Source: Candidatus Bathyarchaeota archaeon
Lineage (GTDB): Archaea; Thermoproteota; Bathyarchaeia; Bathyarchaeales; DTEX01
Direction: 5' to 3'
Assembly (NCBI GenBank): GCA_018397065.1
Contig: JAGTRI010000003.1
Span: forward strand, 6,742 to 70,741
Length of the DNA: 64,000 nucleotides
A model generated the notes under the pieces. The model saw only the letters and a list, made by a program, of their open reading frames with translations. It had not been told where the DNA came from and did not search any database. A program made the translations under genes and the position numbers. Every line of letters begins with the position of its first letter. Position 1 is the stretch's first letter. Of the stretch, positions 44,752-53,631 are shown one piece after another.

Positions 44752-46650
44752 TTATTTCAGTTTAGACAGTTTTTCCCTTAGAATCGCGTTTACTTTATCA
44801 GGCTTCACCTTGCCTCGATATTTTTTCATAACAACTCCCATGAGAAAACTAAGTGCGCCTTCACCTCTAGTTCTTACCTCGTTTTCATTTTGTTTGATTA
44901 TTTCGTCAACAGCGTCAGACAATTCTTGTTCAGAAATTATTGATAATCCTAAGGCCTTGATAGCCTCAGACGGTGTACCGTCTTCATTCTTCGAGAGCCA
45001 CCTGATAATTTCTGGAATAGCTTCTTTGGACGTTTTCTCTAAGCCTAAAAGCTCAAAAACTTCTATGAGTTGCTCATCAGTCACTTTGTCAACTTCGATT
45101 CCGTCACGTCTAAGAGCCTTAAAGGTTTCTGTAAGCGTAGCCGCAATGAAAGTCGGTGAAACCTTTGTTCTATCAACTAACTCGTCGAATATGGTGATGT
45201 ACTCGGAATCCTGGAGCTGCCTTGCCAGCTTTTCGTTCAACCCGTATTTTTTAATTAATCTTTCAACCGTTTTTTCCAGCGGTTCTGGAAGATGTGAACG
45301 CAGTTGAGAAACATAGTCTTTCGAAACTGTAATGGGTGGAACATCCGTTTCGGGATACATTCGAGCAGCACCAGGTCTCGGCCTCATGTACCGTGTTGTT
45401 CCGTCAGGATTTGCTCCCCTAGTCTCCTCAGGAACACCCTTCAAAGCTTCTTTGGCTCTTTCAGTAACTGCGCTTAACGCATCGAAGGCGTTTTCTTTTG
45501 TGTCAGCAACCAAAATAAAGGCGTCTTGTTGTTCAACTTTTAATATCTGCTTTAGTTGACGTATTTCGTCTTCTGTTAAACCGTAAGATGCAATCTCATC
45601 AGAATGAAGGATGCCGCCAACTCTGCCCCAAAACCTTGCCCTGTCAGCCATCTCTGTTCCCAACCTCAAATTAGGAATCAACTCTTTACCGAGAAGACCG
45701 GAAAATTTCGGCAATTTCACCGCAAAAACTTGTTTGCCTTGACTGATGGCCTTTTGGATGACTCTACATCCAGTTTTTGCCATATCAGACGTTACATCGA
45801 TAAAATTGTCCCTTATTTCGTCCTCAGCTAGTCCACGCTTTTTCAGTTCGTCTTTTATGCTGAGAAGGCTTAGCTGACGTTGAATCTCGAGTTCAACAAT
45901 CTGTGAGATCAGATCTAACTCTTGAACGCCTTTAATTTCAACCAAGGCGCCGTCTTTAATTGACACGTTAAGGTCCTGCCTGATCGTCCCAATTCCACGT
46001 TTAACTTTTCGAGTAGCTCGCAGAATCCGCCCAATTGCGTAGGCAACCTTCCTTGCTTCCTCTGGCGAATATATAACTGGTCCCGTTGTCACCTCAATGA
46101 GGGGAACGCATAGTCGGTCGATGCGGTAACGAACCGTTAGGCCGTCTGCTCCAGTCTTTCGCGCCGCGTCCTCTTCTAAGCTTATGTGCTGAATGGGAAT
46201 TGTTTTTCCATCAATAACGATTAAGCCGTTCATCCCAACAACACATGTTCGTTGAAAGCCCGTTGTGTTTGAACCGTCAATCACAACCTTCCGCATCACA
46301 TGAACCTCGTCAACGGGGGTTGCGTTCATCATCAAAGAAACTAGAAGGGCGGTTTCCAAAGCTTCGCGGTTCAGCTCGTGCGGAGGCTCCTCGTCCATCT
46401 CTACAAGACACGAAGTTTTGCTGTCTGCCTCGTACAGGATTTTAACTCCCTTCAGAAACTCAAAATATGCAGCTGGATCGGTTTGTCCAAGTTCGCTTTG
46501 AGTTGGCCTTAGCCTTCGCAGAAACGTTATCTCAGGTTCGCCTTTGAAAAGGTCAGGCTTACATGCGCAGAACAGCTTCTCTTTAGTGGCGAGCTGCTGG
46601 TGGCATTCTAAGCCTACTTTTAAGCCCACAGCGGAAAAATCAACCTTCAT
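44752..46650 (-). CDS. gatE: Glutamyl-tRNA(Gln) amidotransferase subunit E
   Basis: 632 aa. N-terminal GLKVGLECHQQL and overall GatB/E-like layout with the archaeal insertion. Directly downstream of gatD. Confidence 0.9.
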   Translation of the reverse strand: MKVDFSAVGLKVGLECHQQLATKEKLFCACKPDLFKGEPEITFLRRLRPTQSELGQTDPAAYFEFLKGVKILYEADSKTSCLVEMDEEPPHELNREALETALLVSLMMNATPVDEVHVMRKVVIDGSNTTGFQRTCVVGMNGLIVIDGKTIPIQHISLEEDAARKTGADGLTVRYRIDRLCVPLIEVTTGPVIYSPEEARKVAYAIGRILRATRKVKRGIGTIRQDLNVSIKDGALVEIKGVQELDLISQIVELEIQRQLSLLSIKDELKKRGLAEDEIRDNFIDVTSDMAKTGCRVIQKAISQGKQVFAVKLPKFSGLLGKELIPNLRLGTEMADRARFWGRVGGILHSDEIASYGLTEDEIRQLKQILKVEQQDAFILVADTKENAFDALSAVTERAKEALKGVPEETRGANPDGTTRYMRPRPGAARMYPETDVPPITVSKDYVSQLRSHLPEPLEKTVERLIKKYGLNEKLARQLQDSEYITIFDELVDRTKVSPTFIAATLTETFKALRRDGIEVDKVTDEQLIEVFELLGLEKTSKEAIPEIIRWLSKNEDGTPSEAIKALGLSIISEQELSDAVDEIIKQNENEVRTRGEGALSFLMGVVMKKYRGKVKPDKVNAILREKLSKLK

Positions 46651-46677
46651 ATTTTGTCGTTCTCCAAAAATTCACAT

Positions 46678-48000
46678 TCAGTTCACGTCAACCGTCCTTG
46701 AGGAGATTTCATAGGCCAAATTCGTTGCTAAAAGATCTTTGGCTTTTTCTTTATCCTGAGTTTGCCCTAAGATCCACATAAGCTTAACAAGAGCGGTCTC
46801 CGCAAGCATGTCTTGAAGCGGAACTACGCCCATCGCAACCAAGTCTCGACCCGTGGTGTAAACGTTCATGTTCACCCTTCCCCAAATGCACTGCGAAGCC
46901 ATAGCTACTATCACGCCTTTTTCAATAGCTTTTTTGATGCTGTGAAAAATGGCTTGGCGAACGTGACCAAGCCCAGTTCCTTCAAGAACGATGCCGTTGT
47001 AGCCAGCCTCGACGTGCCAGTCGATGATTTTCGAATCCATTCCTGGATAAAACTTTATCAGCGCGACTTTTTCTTCAAACTTAGGTTGCAAAATGATGTT
47101 CTTTTCCTTGCTCCGCCTCTGATAATCGTCTGTCAACATAACTATTTGATTGTCTAAAACCTTTGCAACAGGCTGAGCGTTAACCGTCTTGAAGGCGTCC
47201 CTTCGGCTTGTATGAAGTTTTCTCACCTTCGTTCCTCGATGCAGAACTACAGATTCATCTGATATTGTCTCATGCATGGCAACAACAACCTCGGCGAACG
47301 GCGCCTTAGCTGCTGCTGAAACAGCTCCAATAAGGTTTAAAGCTGCATCTGAGCTCGGTCTGTCTTCTGACCTTTGTGCCCCTACGAGGACAACCGGTAC
47401 AGGAAGATTTCGAAGCGCAAAACTTAGAGCCGCTGCGGTGTAGCCCATTGTGTCTGTGCCATGCGTCACAACAACCCCGTCTACGCCTCGGGAAATGTGC
47501 TCTGCAACCGTTACAGCAAGTTCTGACCAATGCTTAGGCGTTAAATCTTCGCTAAAGACACTGAAAAGTATCTGCGTATCTATCGCTGCAACGTCGGAAA
47601 GTTCAGGCACGATGCTGTAAAGGTCGCTTGCTGAAATTGCAGGTCTAACAGCGCCTGTTCTGTAGTCAACTCTGCTCGCGATTGTTCCTCCAGTGCTGAT
47701 AATCGAGACTTTGGGAAGACCGGGTTTCTGAGCGGGCGGTGCTGGCGGTGTGAAGGCGGGCGCTTTCTCAACGCCTATTTTTGTAACCTTGGTTTCTTCT
47801 GTTACTTCAATTCCGATGTTGTATCCTGATCTGATTTTTATTACGATGTGCTTGTCGTCTCCAAGTTCAGAACGTGGAATAAGTATGCCTTCATATGTGA
47901 TGTCGTCTTTGTTTATGCGGACGAGATCGCCCACTTGGACTTTTGATTTTACGAGGACGTCTAGAACCCTTCCTTTGTAACCCGAAATACTCTCATTCAT
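46678..48000 (-). CDS. gatD: Glutamyl-tRNA(Gln) amidotransferase subunit D
   Basis: Asparaginase-type motifs STGGTIAS and THGTDTM. 440 aa. Paired with gatE. Confidence 0.9.
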   Translation of the reverse strand: MNESISGYKGRVLDVLVKSKVQVGDLVRINKDDITYEGILIPRSELGDDKHIVIKIRSGYNIGIEVTEETKVTKIGVEKAPAFTPPAPPAQKPGLPKVSIISTGGTIASRVDYRTGAVRPAISASDLYSIVPELSDVAAIDTQILFSVFSEDLTPKHWSELAVTVAEHISRGVDGVVVTHGTDTMGYTAAALSFALRNLPVPVVLVGAQRSEDRPSSDAALNLIGAVSAAAKAPFAEVVVAMHETISDESVVLHRGTKVRKLHTSRRDAFKTVNAQPVAKVLDNQIVMLTDDYQRRSKEKNIILQPKFEEKVALIKFYPGMDSKIIDWHVEAGYNGIVLEGTGLGHVRQAIFHSIKKAIEKGVIVAMASQCIWGRVNMNVYTTGRDLVAMGVVPLQDMLAETALVKLMWILGQTQDKEKAKDLLATNLAYEISSRTVDVN

Positions 48001-48094
48001 TTCTCTATTCTTCCGCAGTATTACGGGATTAAGTATTCTGAATGTTGGATATGTTATTCCTAAGATGAATAAAAAGGTTCGAGTCTAAAAAGCC

Positions 48095-49921
48095 TCAACC
48101 TATCATGTTCTTAACCGTTTTGACTATGCCGTCTGCGTCTATTCCTTGCTCTGCAAGAAGCATCTCAGGCGGTCCAGAATGTGGCATTTTTCTAACAGCA
48201 AGGATAGTTGGACGTAACCCCAAAGCAGCGACGGCTTCTCCGATTCCTCCCTCTGGGTAATGGTCTTCAACAGTTACAACGTGTCCAGTTTCTTTAGCCG
48301 CCCTTGTCAGGGTAGCGACGTCTAAAGGTTTAACAGAGTAACAGTCTATGACCCTAACTGCAATATTGTCTCGTGCAAGAATTTCATGTGCCTTCAAGGC
48401 TTCGTGAAGTGTGATGCCGGCTGCAACAATTGTTGCTTTATCATTTTCTGTTTGCCTGAGAACCTTGGAGCCGCCGATGTGGAACTCCTCTGCGTTGTCA
48501 TAGATTACGGGAGTTGAGGGTCTCGTGGTCCTAAGGTACGAAATGCCCCTGTAGTTAGCCATCATGCACGTAAGTTTTTCGCTGCTTACGGCGTCGCATG
48601 GGTAGAGAACTACGCTGTTGATTATGGCTCGGAACATCGCCAAATCCTCAAGCCCCATCTGAGAAGGCCCGTCCTCGCCTATTGAAGTTCCTGCGTGAGA
48701 ACCTGTGACTTTCAGGTTTGCTCTTGAATACGAAGCCATCCTAAACTGGTCGTAGGCTCTGGCTAAGAAGCATGCGAAGCTTGAAAGGAACACATTAAAG
48801 CCATGAGTCTGCAGCCCAACTGCTATGCTGACCATGTTCTGTTCAGCTATGAAGCATTGGAGGCTTCGCTGGGGGAACTCCTCGAAGAAGTTGATGGTAA
48901 ATGTGGAATTTTGGACATCGCCGTCGAGAACAACAATGTTCTTATCCATTTTTCCCAGCTTTTGTAAAGCCTTGCCGTATGCTGCTCTGGTTGCCACTTT
49001 TTCGCCTAGTTTATAGTTTGTCTCGATCGAAAATTTTTGCGAAGAATTACATGGAGGTACAGATGCTTTAACAAAATTTGTCGGCTTATATTTGATTTCC
49101 TTAATTTTGGGTGTTAACTCGTTTTCAGCTTTTATCTGCTCTTCTTTTGTTAAGGGTCTTCCATGTCGTCCATCAGCATTCTCGAGGAAGCTGACGCCTT
49201 TACCCTTCACTGTCTTTGCAACAATGAAAGAAGGCCTATTCGATTCTTTGGCCTTGTTAAAGGCTTCTAAAAGGTCTCTAACATCGTGGCCGTTGCAGAC
49301 GAAAACATCCCAGTCAAAAGCCGCAATCCTCTTAGCATACGCGTCCACTTGCCACTCATACAACGTAGGTCCACTTTGCCCAAGCCTGTTCACGTCAACA
49401 ACAGCGGTTAAGTTAGAAAGCCCAATTCGACCTGCAAAGTTAATTGCCTCCCACACAGAGCCTTCTGCCATCTCCCCGTCGCCTAAAAGAACGTAGACTC
49501 TGCGATTTATGTTAAGCAATTTTTTTGCATATGCCATGCCTACGCCGATAGCTAGGCCCTGCCCGAGAGAGCCTGTGCCGACTCTGATGCCCTTTATTCT
49601 CGGAACTGGGTGTCCCTCAAGTTCAGAGGTGAACTCTCTTAAAGTCAACAATTTTTCCTTGGGAATTGCGCCGATTTCAGCTAGGGCTGCGTACAGAACA
49701 GGCGCAGCGTGACCTTTTGATAAGATGAACTCATCATTATCTATGCAGTCCAGGTTTTCTGGGTCGATACTCATTTCCTTAAAAAACAGTGTTGACACGA
49801 TCTCTGCTGCTGACATGCAGCTCGTAGGGTGCCCTGAGCCGGCTTTAGTTGTGGCCCTAATGCTATGTAGCCTCAAAACATTCGCCTTAGTTTCTAAAAA
49901 CTCAATGAGACTCATGTCCAT
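48095..49921 (-). CDS. tkt: Transketolase, full-length fused form
   Basis: 608 aa. GSGHPTSCMS, GDGEMAEGSVWEA ThDP motif, central Pyr domain (FIAEQNMV) and C-terminal domain in one polypeptide. Confidence 0.9.
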   Translation of the reverse strand: MDMSLIEFLETKANVLRLHSIRATTKAGSGHPTSCMSAAEIVSTLFFKEMSIDPENLDCIDNDEFILSKGHAAPVLYAALAEIGAIPKEKLLTLREFTSELEGHPVPRIKGIRVGTGSLGQGLAIGVGMAYAKKLLNINRRVYVLLGDGEMAEGSVWEAINFAGRIGLSNLTAVVDVNRLGQSGPTLYEWQVDAYAKRIAAFDWDVFVCNGHDVRDLLEAFNKAKESNRPSFIVAKTVKGKGVSFLENADGRHGRPLTKEEQIKAENELTPKIKEIKYKPTNFVKASVPPCNSSQKFSIETNYKLGEKVATRAAYGKALQKLGKMDKNIVVLDGDVQNSTFTINFFEEFPQRSLQCFIAEQNMVSIAVGLQTHGFNVFLSSFACFLARAYDQFRMASYSRANLKVTGSHAGTSIGEDGPSQMGLEDLAMFRAIINSVVLYPCDAVSSEKLTCMMANYRGISYLRTTRPSTPVIYDNAEEFHIGGSKVLRQTENDKATIVAAGITLHEALKAHEILARDNIAVRVIDCYSVKPLDVATLTRAAKETGHVVTVEDHYPEGGIGEAVAALGLRPTILAVRKMPHSGPPEMLLAEQGIDADGIVKTVKNMIG

Positions 49922-50017
49922 TGTTCTCCAAGATCTCCAAGTTTGGTTTGAATTTAATGCAAAAGCGTAGTTTTTAACTTTAACTGTTCAAAAAGATATA
50001 GGAAATAGTGAATAAGT

Positions 50018-50140
50018 GGGTTGCCAGCTTTCCTGGCTTCGCACAGCCGAAGACTGCACTACCACCAGGAACGGAGCGTGGTTTAACTTCCGAGTTCGGA
50101 ATGGGTTCGGGTGGGTCCCACGCCCTATGGCCGGCAACCC
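50018..50140 (-). rRNA. 5S ribosomal RNA (stand-alone)
   Basis: Reverse complement GGGTTGCCGGCCATAGGGCGTGGGACCCACCCGAACCCATTCCGAACTCGGAAGTTAAACCACGC...GCTGGCAACCC. Conserved CCGAAC..GGAAGTTAA core and terminal helix I GGGTTGCC/GGCAACCC. Confidence 0.85.
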
Positions 50141-50160
50141 GTGAATATTTTTGAATAGCG

Positions 50161-50170
50161 GTTTTTTAAC
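50161..50170 (-). promoter_or_regulatory. Putative TATA-like box for the 5S rRNA gene
   Basis: GTTAAAAAAC on the minus strand, about 21-30 nt upstream of the 5S 5' end. Position-based guess only. Confidence 0.3.
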
Positions 50171-50205
50171 CTTTCGTTTTGAATTGCCAATTTACGAACG
50201 TAACG

Positions 50206-50213
50206 CATATATG
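50206..50213 (+). promoter_or_regulatory. Putative TATA-like box for tRNA-Trp
   Basis: CATATATG centred about 32 nt upstream of the tRNA 5' end. Position-based guess only. Confidence 0.3.
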
Positions 50214-50269
50214 TTGATTCTCAAAAAAATGTTGGGTTGTGGGGCTGTAGTCTAGTACGGTATGACGAC

Positions 50270-50296
50270 AGTTAGAAAACAAGACCTAACCGTTAA
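50270..50296 (+). other. tRNA-Trp intron 1 (27 nt, between positions 28/29)
   Basis: 4-bp helix GACG/CGTT flanked by bulges AC|A and AA|G, plus 5-bp intron helix GTTAG/CTAAC. Confidence 0.65.
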
Positions 50297-50305
50297 GGGC
50301 TCCAG

Positions 50306-50364
50306 AAAGCAACACGGGTTTGCGGACCAGAACATGGGATGAAGAAGTTCTGGAGCACGGAGAA
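50306..50364 (+). other. tRNA-Trp intron 2 (59 nt, canonical 37/38)
   Basis: 4-bp helix CTCC (positions 32-35) / GGAG (50359-50362), with bulges AG|A and AA|A. The junction is ambiguous by one A. Confidence 0.65.
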
Positions 50365-50370
50365 ACCCGT

Positions 50371-50399
50371 AGGAGCAAGCAAAACTTGACTCCGGGGAA
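50371..50399 (+). other. tRNA-Trp intron 3 (29 nt, between positions 43/44)
   Basis: Helix (A)CCC/GGG(G) with bulges GT|A and AA|A, plus intron helix GGAG/CTCC. The junction is ambiguous within the repeated AGG. Confidence 0.6.
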
Positions 50400-50595
50400 A
50401 GGCCGCCGGTTCAAATCCGACCAGCCCCACCATATTCTTTATGCGTTCTTGTAATACTGGAATTTCCACAGAATAATTTCGTTTTTACATTTTTGTGGTT
50501 TGAAGGTTACATTCATCGTTTTATTACGTTGAAATCCTTTGCATTCCACGTAATGTTTTTTAGGTTGAACCTAAGTTTTTCTTTGGGCGAAAAAC

Positions 50596-51042
50596 TTGAT
50601 GGTTAAGCGTGAGCTAACAGCGGTTGAAGGTAAATATTTGACTTTGATTTATAGAAGATACTATGAAGAGTCAAGAGTTGTTGGAACTACTGATTTAGCC
50701 AGAAGTTTCAAGGTTCAACCGGCAACGGTGACCGAGACTGTTCAAAAGCTCGCTGAGAAAGGATTCCTCGAGTACAGTCCTTACCGTGAGATTAGATTAA
50801 CTGAAAAAGGGGTTTACGAGGCTCAGAGGCTTTTGAGAAACCATCGGCTTTTGGAAGTTTTATTTGTTAACGCCTTAAATTATGAGGCTTCCAAAGCTTG
50901 CGAAGAAGCAGCCAAGTTAGAGCATTATGTTTCAGAAACCCTTGTCAACAAGGTTTGCCAAGTTTTTAAGCATCCGTTGATTTGCCCATGCCAGAAAACC
51001 ACTTTCCATGCCGGAAGATGCGGAGAAAAACAGCATGTTTGA
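50596..51042 (+). CDS. DtxR/MntR family metal-dependent transcriptional repressor
   Basis: N-terminal wHTH (TTDLARSFKVQPATVTETVQKLAEKGFLEY) followed by the RLLRNHRLLEVLF dimerisation/metal-site helix. 148 aa. Confidence 0.8.
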   Translation: MMVKRELTAVEGKYLTLIYRRYYEESRVVGTTDLARSFKVQPATVTETVQKLAEKGFLEYSPYREIRLTEKGVYEAQRLLRNHRLLEVLFVNALNYEASKACEEAAKLEHYVSETLVNKVCQVFKHPLICPCQKTTFHAGRCGEKQHV

Positions 51043-51874
51043 CGATGTTCTTGACGTATTCTCGGAAACCATTCAGATAATCATTTTGGTTGCAGCAATG
51101 ATGGTCGTAGTTGAGTTTATTGAAATAAGGTTCAAAAACGTAATTAGAAGAAAGATAACGGAGAACCACGTGAATCAAATAGTGATAGCCTCGCTTTTAG
51201 GAGCGATTCCAGGCTGCACAGACGCGTTCTTCATAGTTTCGCTTTACACCCACGGACTAGTAGGTTTCGGAGCCCTAGTAGCTGTTATGCTTTCAACCGC
51301 TGGAGACGATGCTTTCGTAATGTTAGCCATGATCCCTGAGGCAGCTATGCTAATTTTTGGCGTATGCGTTCTTCTTAGCATAGTAGGCGGTTTTATTGCG
51401 GACAGAATAGCGAAGAGAATTAACCTTAAGACAATGCAGCCTTGCGAGATAGAAATCCACGACGAAGAAATAACCCTCAAACATTTCTTAAAAGAACATG
51501 CGTATGTCCACATCTTCAAAAAGCATATACCAAAACTTTTCCTTTGGATATTCTTCACAATATTTGTTCTTGATTTTTTGGTAAGAAATTTTGAGTTAGA
51601 ACCCATGATTTCTGGGTTGCCGAAACTTACGTTAATCGTCTTCGCAGCGTTAATCGGCATAATACCTGAGTCTGGCCCTCATCTCCTTTTTGTCGCCTTG
51701 TTCTCAAAGGGCTTAATTCCCTTCTCAGTTCTGCTAGTTAACACATTATCCCAAGATGGCCATGGATTATTGCCGTTGCTTTCGTACTCAGTTAAAGACA
51801 CCATAAATGTTCAAATATTCACAACATTGTTCGCTTTGATAGTTGGAATAATACTTTTCCTGCTAGGATTATAG
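51008..51874 (+). CDS. Polytopic membrane protein, putative metal transporter (10-TM heavy-metal exporter-like)
   Basis: Hydrophobic, with LLGAIPGCTDAFF and IIPESGPHLLF motifs repeated in the two halves. Overlaps the DtxR gene end (ATG 51008, or ATG 51035 within ATGTTTGA). Family name from memory. Confidence 0.5.
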   Translation: MPEDAEKNSMFDDVLDVFSETIQIIILVAAMMVVVEFIEIRFKNVIRRKITENHVNQIVIASLLGAIPGCTDAFFIVSLYTHGLVGFGALVAVMLSTAGDDAFVMLAMIPEAAMLIFGVCVLLSIVGGFIADRIAKRINLKTMQPCEIEIHDEEITLKHFLKEHAYVHIFKKHIPKLFLWIFFTIFVLDFLVRNFELEPMISGLPKLTLIVFAALIGIIPESGPHLLFVALFSKGLIPFSVLLVNTLSQDGHGLLPLLSYSVKDTINVQIFTTLFALIVGIILFLLGL

Positions 51875-51902
51875 TCTCGGTTCCCTTAAGAGCGCGAAAA
51901 GC

Positions 51903-52778
51903 TTACCTATACAACACGACATACGGCTCAAAAATGAAGTAAAAAACGAATAACAACAAAACGTAAAGAATTGTATATGCCAAAAATCGTATTTTCCTGT
52001 TTGACAGCATGTTCGAAACAAGTCTAGTGTTCACCTTCAAGCATGGTAACATAAATGGAACCTTGGTTTTGTACTCAACGTAATTTTGGCCAAATTTCTT
52101 TTCCAGCTCTGATTCCTCAAATTCTGCTAAAAGCGTGTATGAATAGCAGAGTGTAAGCCACATCAAATAATTAATTAGCCGCCAACCTATCATTGCAAAG
52201 CCCAAGGTCCACATGAAAATGCCAAGGTATTGAGGGTGCCTAGAAATGCTGTACAATCTGTTTGTCATTATTGTTCGTTCTTCCCTAGCGTGCGATAACA
52301 ATTGGAACAACCCTACGCTGTAAATAATAAGACCGAAAAAAATGAAAGTGTAGCCCAACCCATCCAGAAACGTATGGAAAGTTTCGCTTTGAAATCGTAT
52401 TACGCCATTAATGAGGCTGTTGGCTAAGGGCCAATCCGTGAATACAAGCCATGGAGTGTAGAATACTCCTATTATTGAGAAAAACAAAATAAACATTGGA
52501 ACTAAAGTGTTGAAAAGCACAGGAAAATAGAATATCCACCCTACGAAAGCAGCTGAGCTTGATAATTTAAATTCTAAAAAAAGAGAAACTAAAGCAAAGG
52601 CTGTTGCGATTAGACCTAGATAAACTAGGTACCAAGCGTTTTCTTTGAGAAGTGGTACGTACCCTTCAGATGACGGAATATTAGCTCCAAACTTAGATGT
52701 CCAAACGTACACCAAGAATAATATAGTGAGAATAATGACGATGTAACCGTATTTTCTGCTCAGCCTAGACACCAACAA
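51903..52778 (-). CDS. Membrane methyltransferase of the ICMT/PEMT-like family
   Basis: C-terminal SRHPQYLGIFMWTLGF...EE.ELEKKFG pattern of isoprenylcysteine carboxyl / phospholipid methyltransferase-like proteins. 291 aa. Confidence 0.6.
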   Translation of the reverse strand: MLVSRLSRKYGYIVIILTILFLVYVWTSKFGANIPSSEGYVPLLKENAWYLVYLGLIATAFALVSLFLEFKLSSSAAFVGWIFYFPVLFNTLVPMFILFFSIIGVFYTPWLVFTDWPLANSLINGVIRFQSETFHTFLDGLGYTFIFFGLIIYSVGLFQLLSHAREERTIMTNRLYSISRHPQYLGIFMWTLGFAMIGWRLINYLMWLTLCYSYTLLAEFEESELEKKFGQNYVEYKTKVPFMLPCLKVNTRLVSNMLSNRKIRFLAYTILYVLLLFVFYFIFEPYVVLYR

Positions 52779-52955
52779 AGAAATATGGCTAAGGGTGTAT
52801 AATTCTATTTTTTAGAACACAAAAATACAAGTAGAGAAATGAAAAGTTTATTGGCAAATTACAAAAGTTTATGGAATAAAAATAAATAGTGATTAATTGA
52901 ACTTATGTTACGGAATGATTTTACCTTAAAAAACATGATTGGGAGGTGAAAAAAG

Positions 52956-53237
52956 GTGCTGTCGAAAATACCCTTAAATCTTGACAAAATTGACAAAAAA
53001 GATTTGGACAAGGAAATTCTCAGAGTCGGCGTAATTGCTGAGTTAGATGCCATAAACCTATACGAACAAATGGCAGTTATGACTGAGAATGAGCTTATTA
53101 AGAAAATTCTTTTAGACATAGCGAAAGAAGAAAAGGCTCACGTTGGAGAGTTCCAAACCCTACTTTTGATGGAAGATAAGGAACAAGAAAAGGAACTTGA
53201 AGAAGGAAAAAAGGAAGTCGAAGAACTAATGGAATAA
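52956..53237 (+). CDS. Small ferritin-like di-iron protein (EncFtn/rubrerythrin-like)
   Basis: AELDAINLYEQMAVMTENELIKKILLDIAKEEKAHVGEFQTLL parallels the E..Y and EExxH helices of encapsulated-ferritin-type proteins. GGGAGGTGA 6 nt before the GTG. Confidence 0.6.
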   Translation: MLSKIPLNLDKIDKKDLDKEILRVGVIAELDAINLYEQMAVMTENELIKKILLDIAKEEKAHVGEFQTLLLMEDKEQEKELEEGKKEVEELME

Positions 53238-53475
53238 TAAGATCCACTAGTATTTCTTTGACGCATTTTCCATTTTTTGATCACTAAAAAATATAAGCTG
53301 AGAATAAAATAAAAAGAGCCAGCGACTTCTTGGCAACAACATTATCCCATTTTTGCCAAAAAATTAAGGTTAACCATTAAAATTCAACATTGTAAAAGCC
53401 AGTTGTCTGACCTTTTTTAAAAAAAATATTTAGGATTAAAAAATATGAATCTAAAAGAGCCAATTTACGTGTTAT

Positions 53476-53631
53476 TTAGTATCTTCGATATGACCTGTTT
53501 GGTCTTTGCGGTCTTCTTTTAGCATAACATTCTCTGCAGTAAACTGGTCTTGTGCCGTCGGGCTTAAAGGGAACTTCACATTCTTTACCGCACTCTGCAC
53601 AGACAGCCTTGTGCATTTCACGACTTTCCAT
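53476..53631 (-). CDS. Small CxxC-x17-CxxC zinc-ribbon protein with basic tail
   Basis: MESREMHKAVCAECGKECEVPFKPDGTRPVYCRECYAKRRPQRPNRSYRRY. AAGGAGTGA 8 nt upstream of this ATG. Confidence 0.6.
   Translation of the reverse strand: MESREMHKAVCAECGKECEVPFKPDGTRPVYCRECYAKRRPQRPNRSYRRY

Larger units (their letters stand above)
50241..50432 (+). tRNA. tRNA-Trp(CCA) with three introns and encoded CCA
   Basis: Exons 50241-50269, 50297-50305, 50365-50370 and 50400-50432 join to GGGGCTGTAGTCTAGTACGGTATGACGACGGGCTCCAGACCCGTAGGCCGCCGGTTCAAATCCGACCAGCCCCACCA (77 nt). This is a full cloverleaf with one C-A mismatch in the T stem. Confidence 0.75.
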
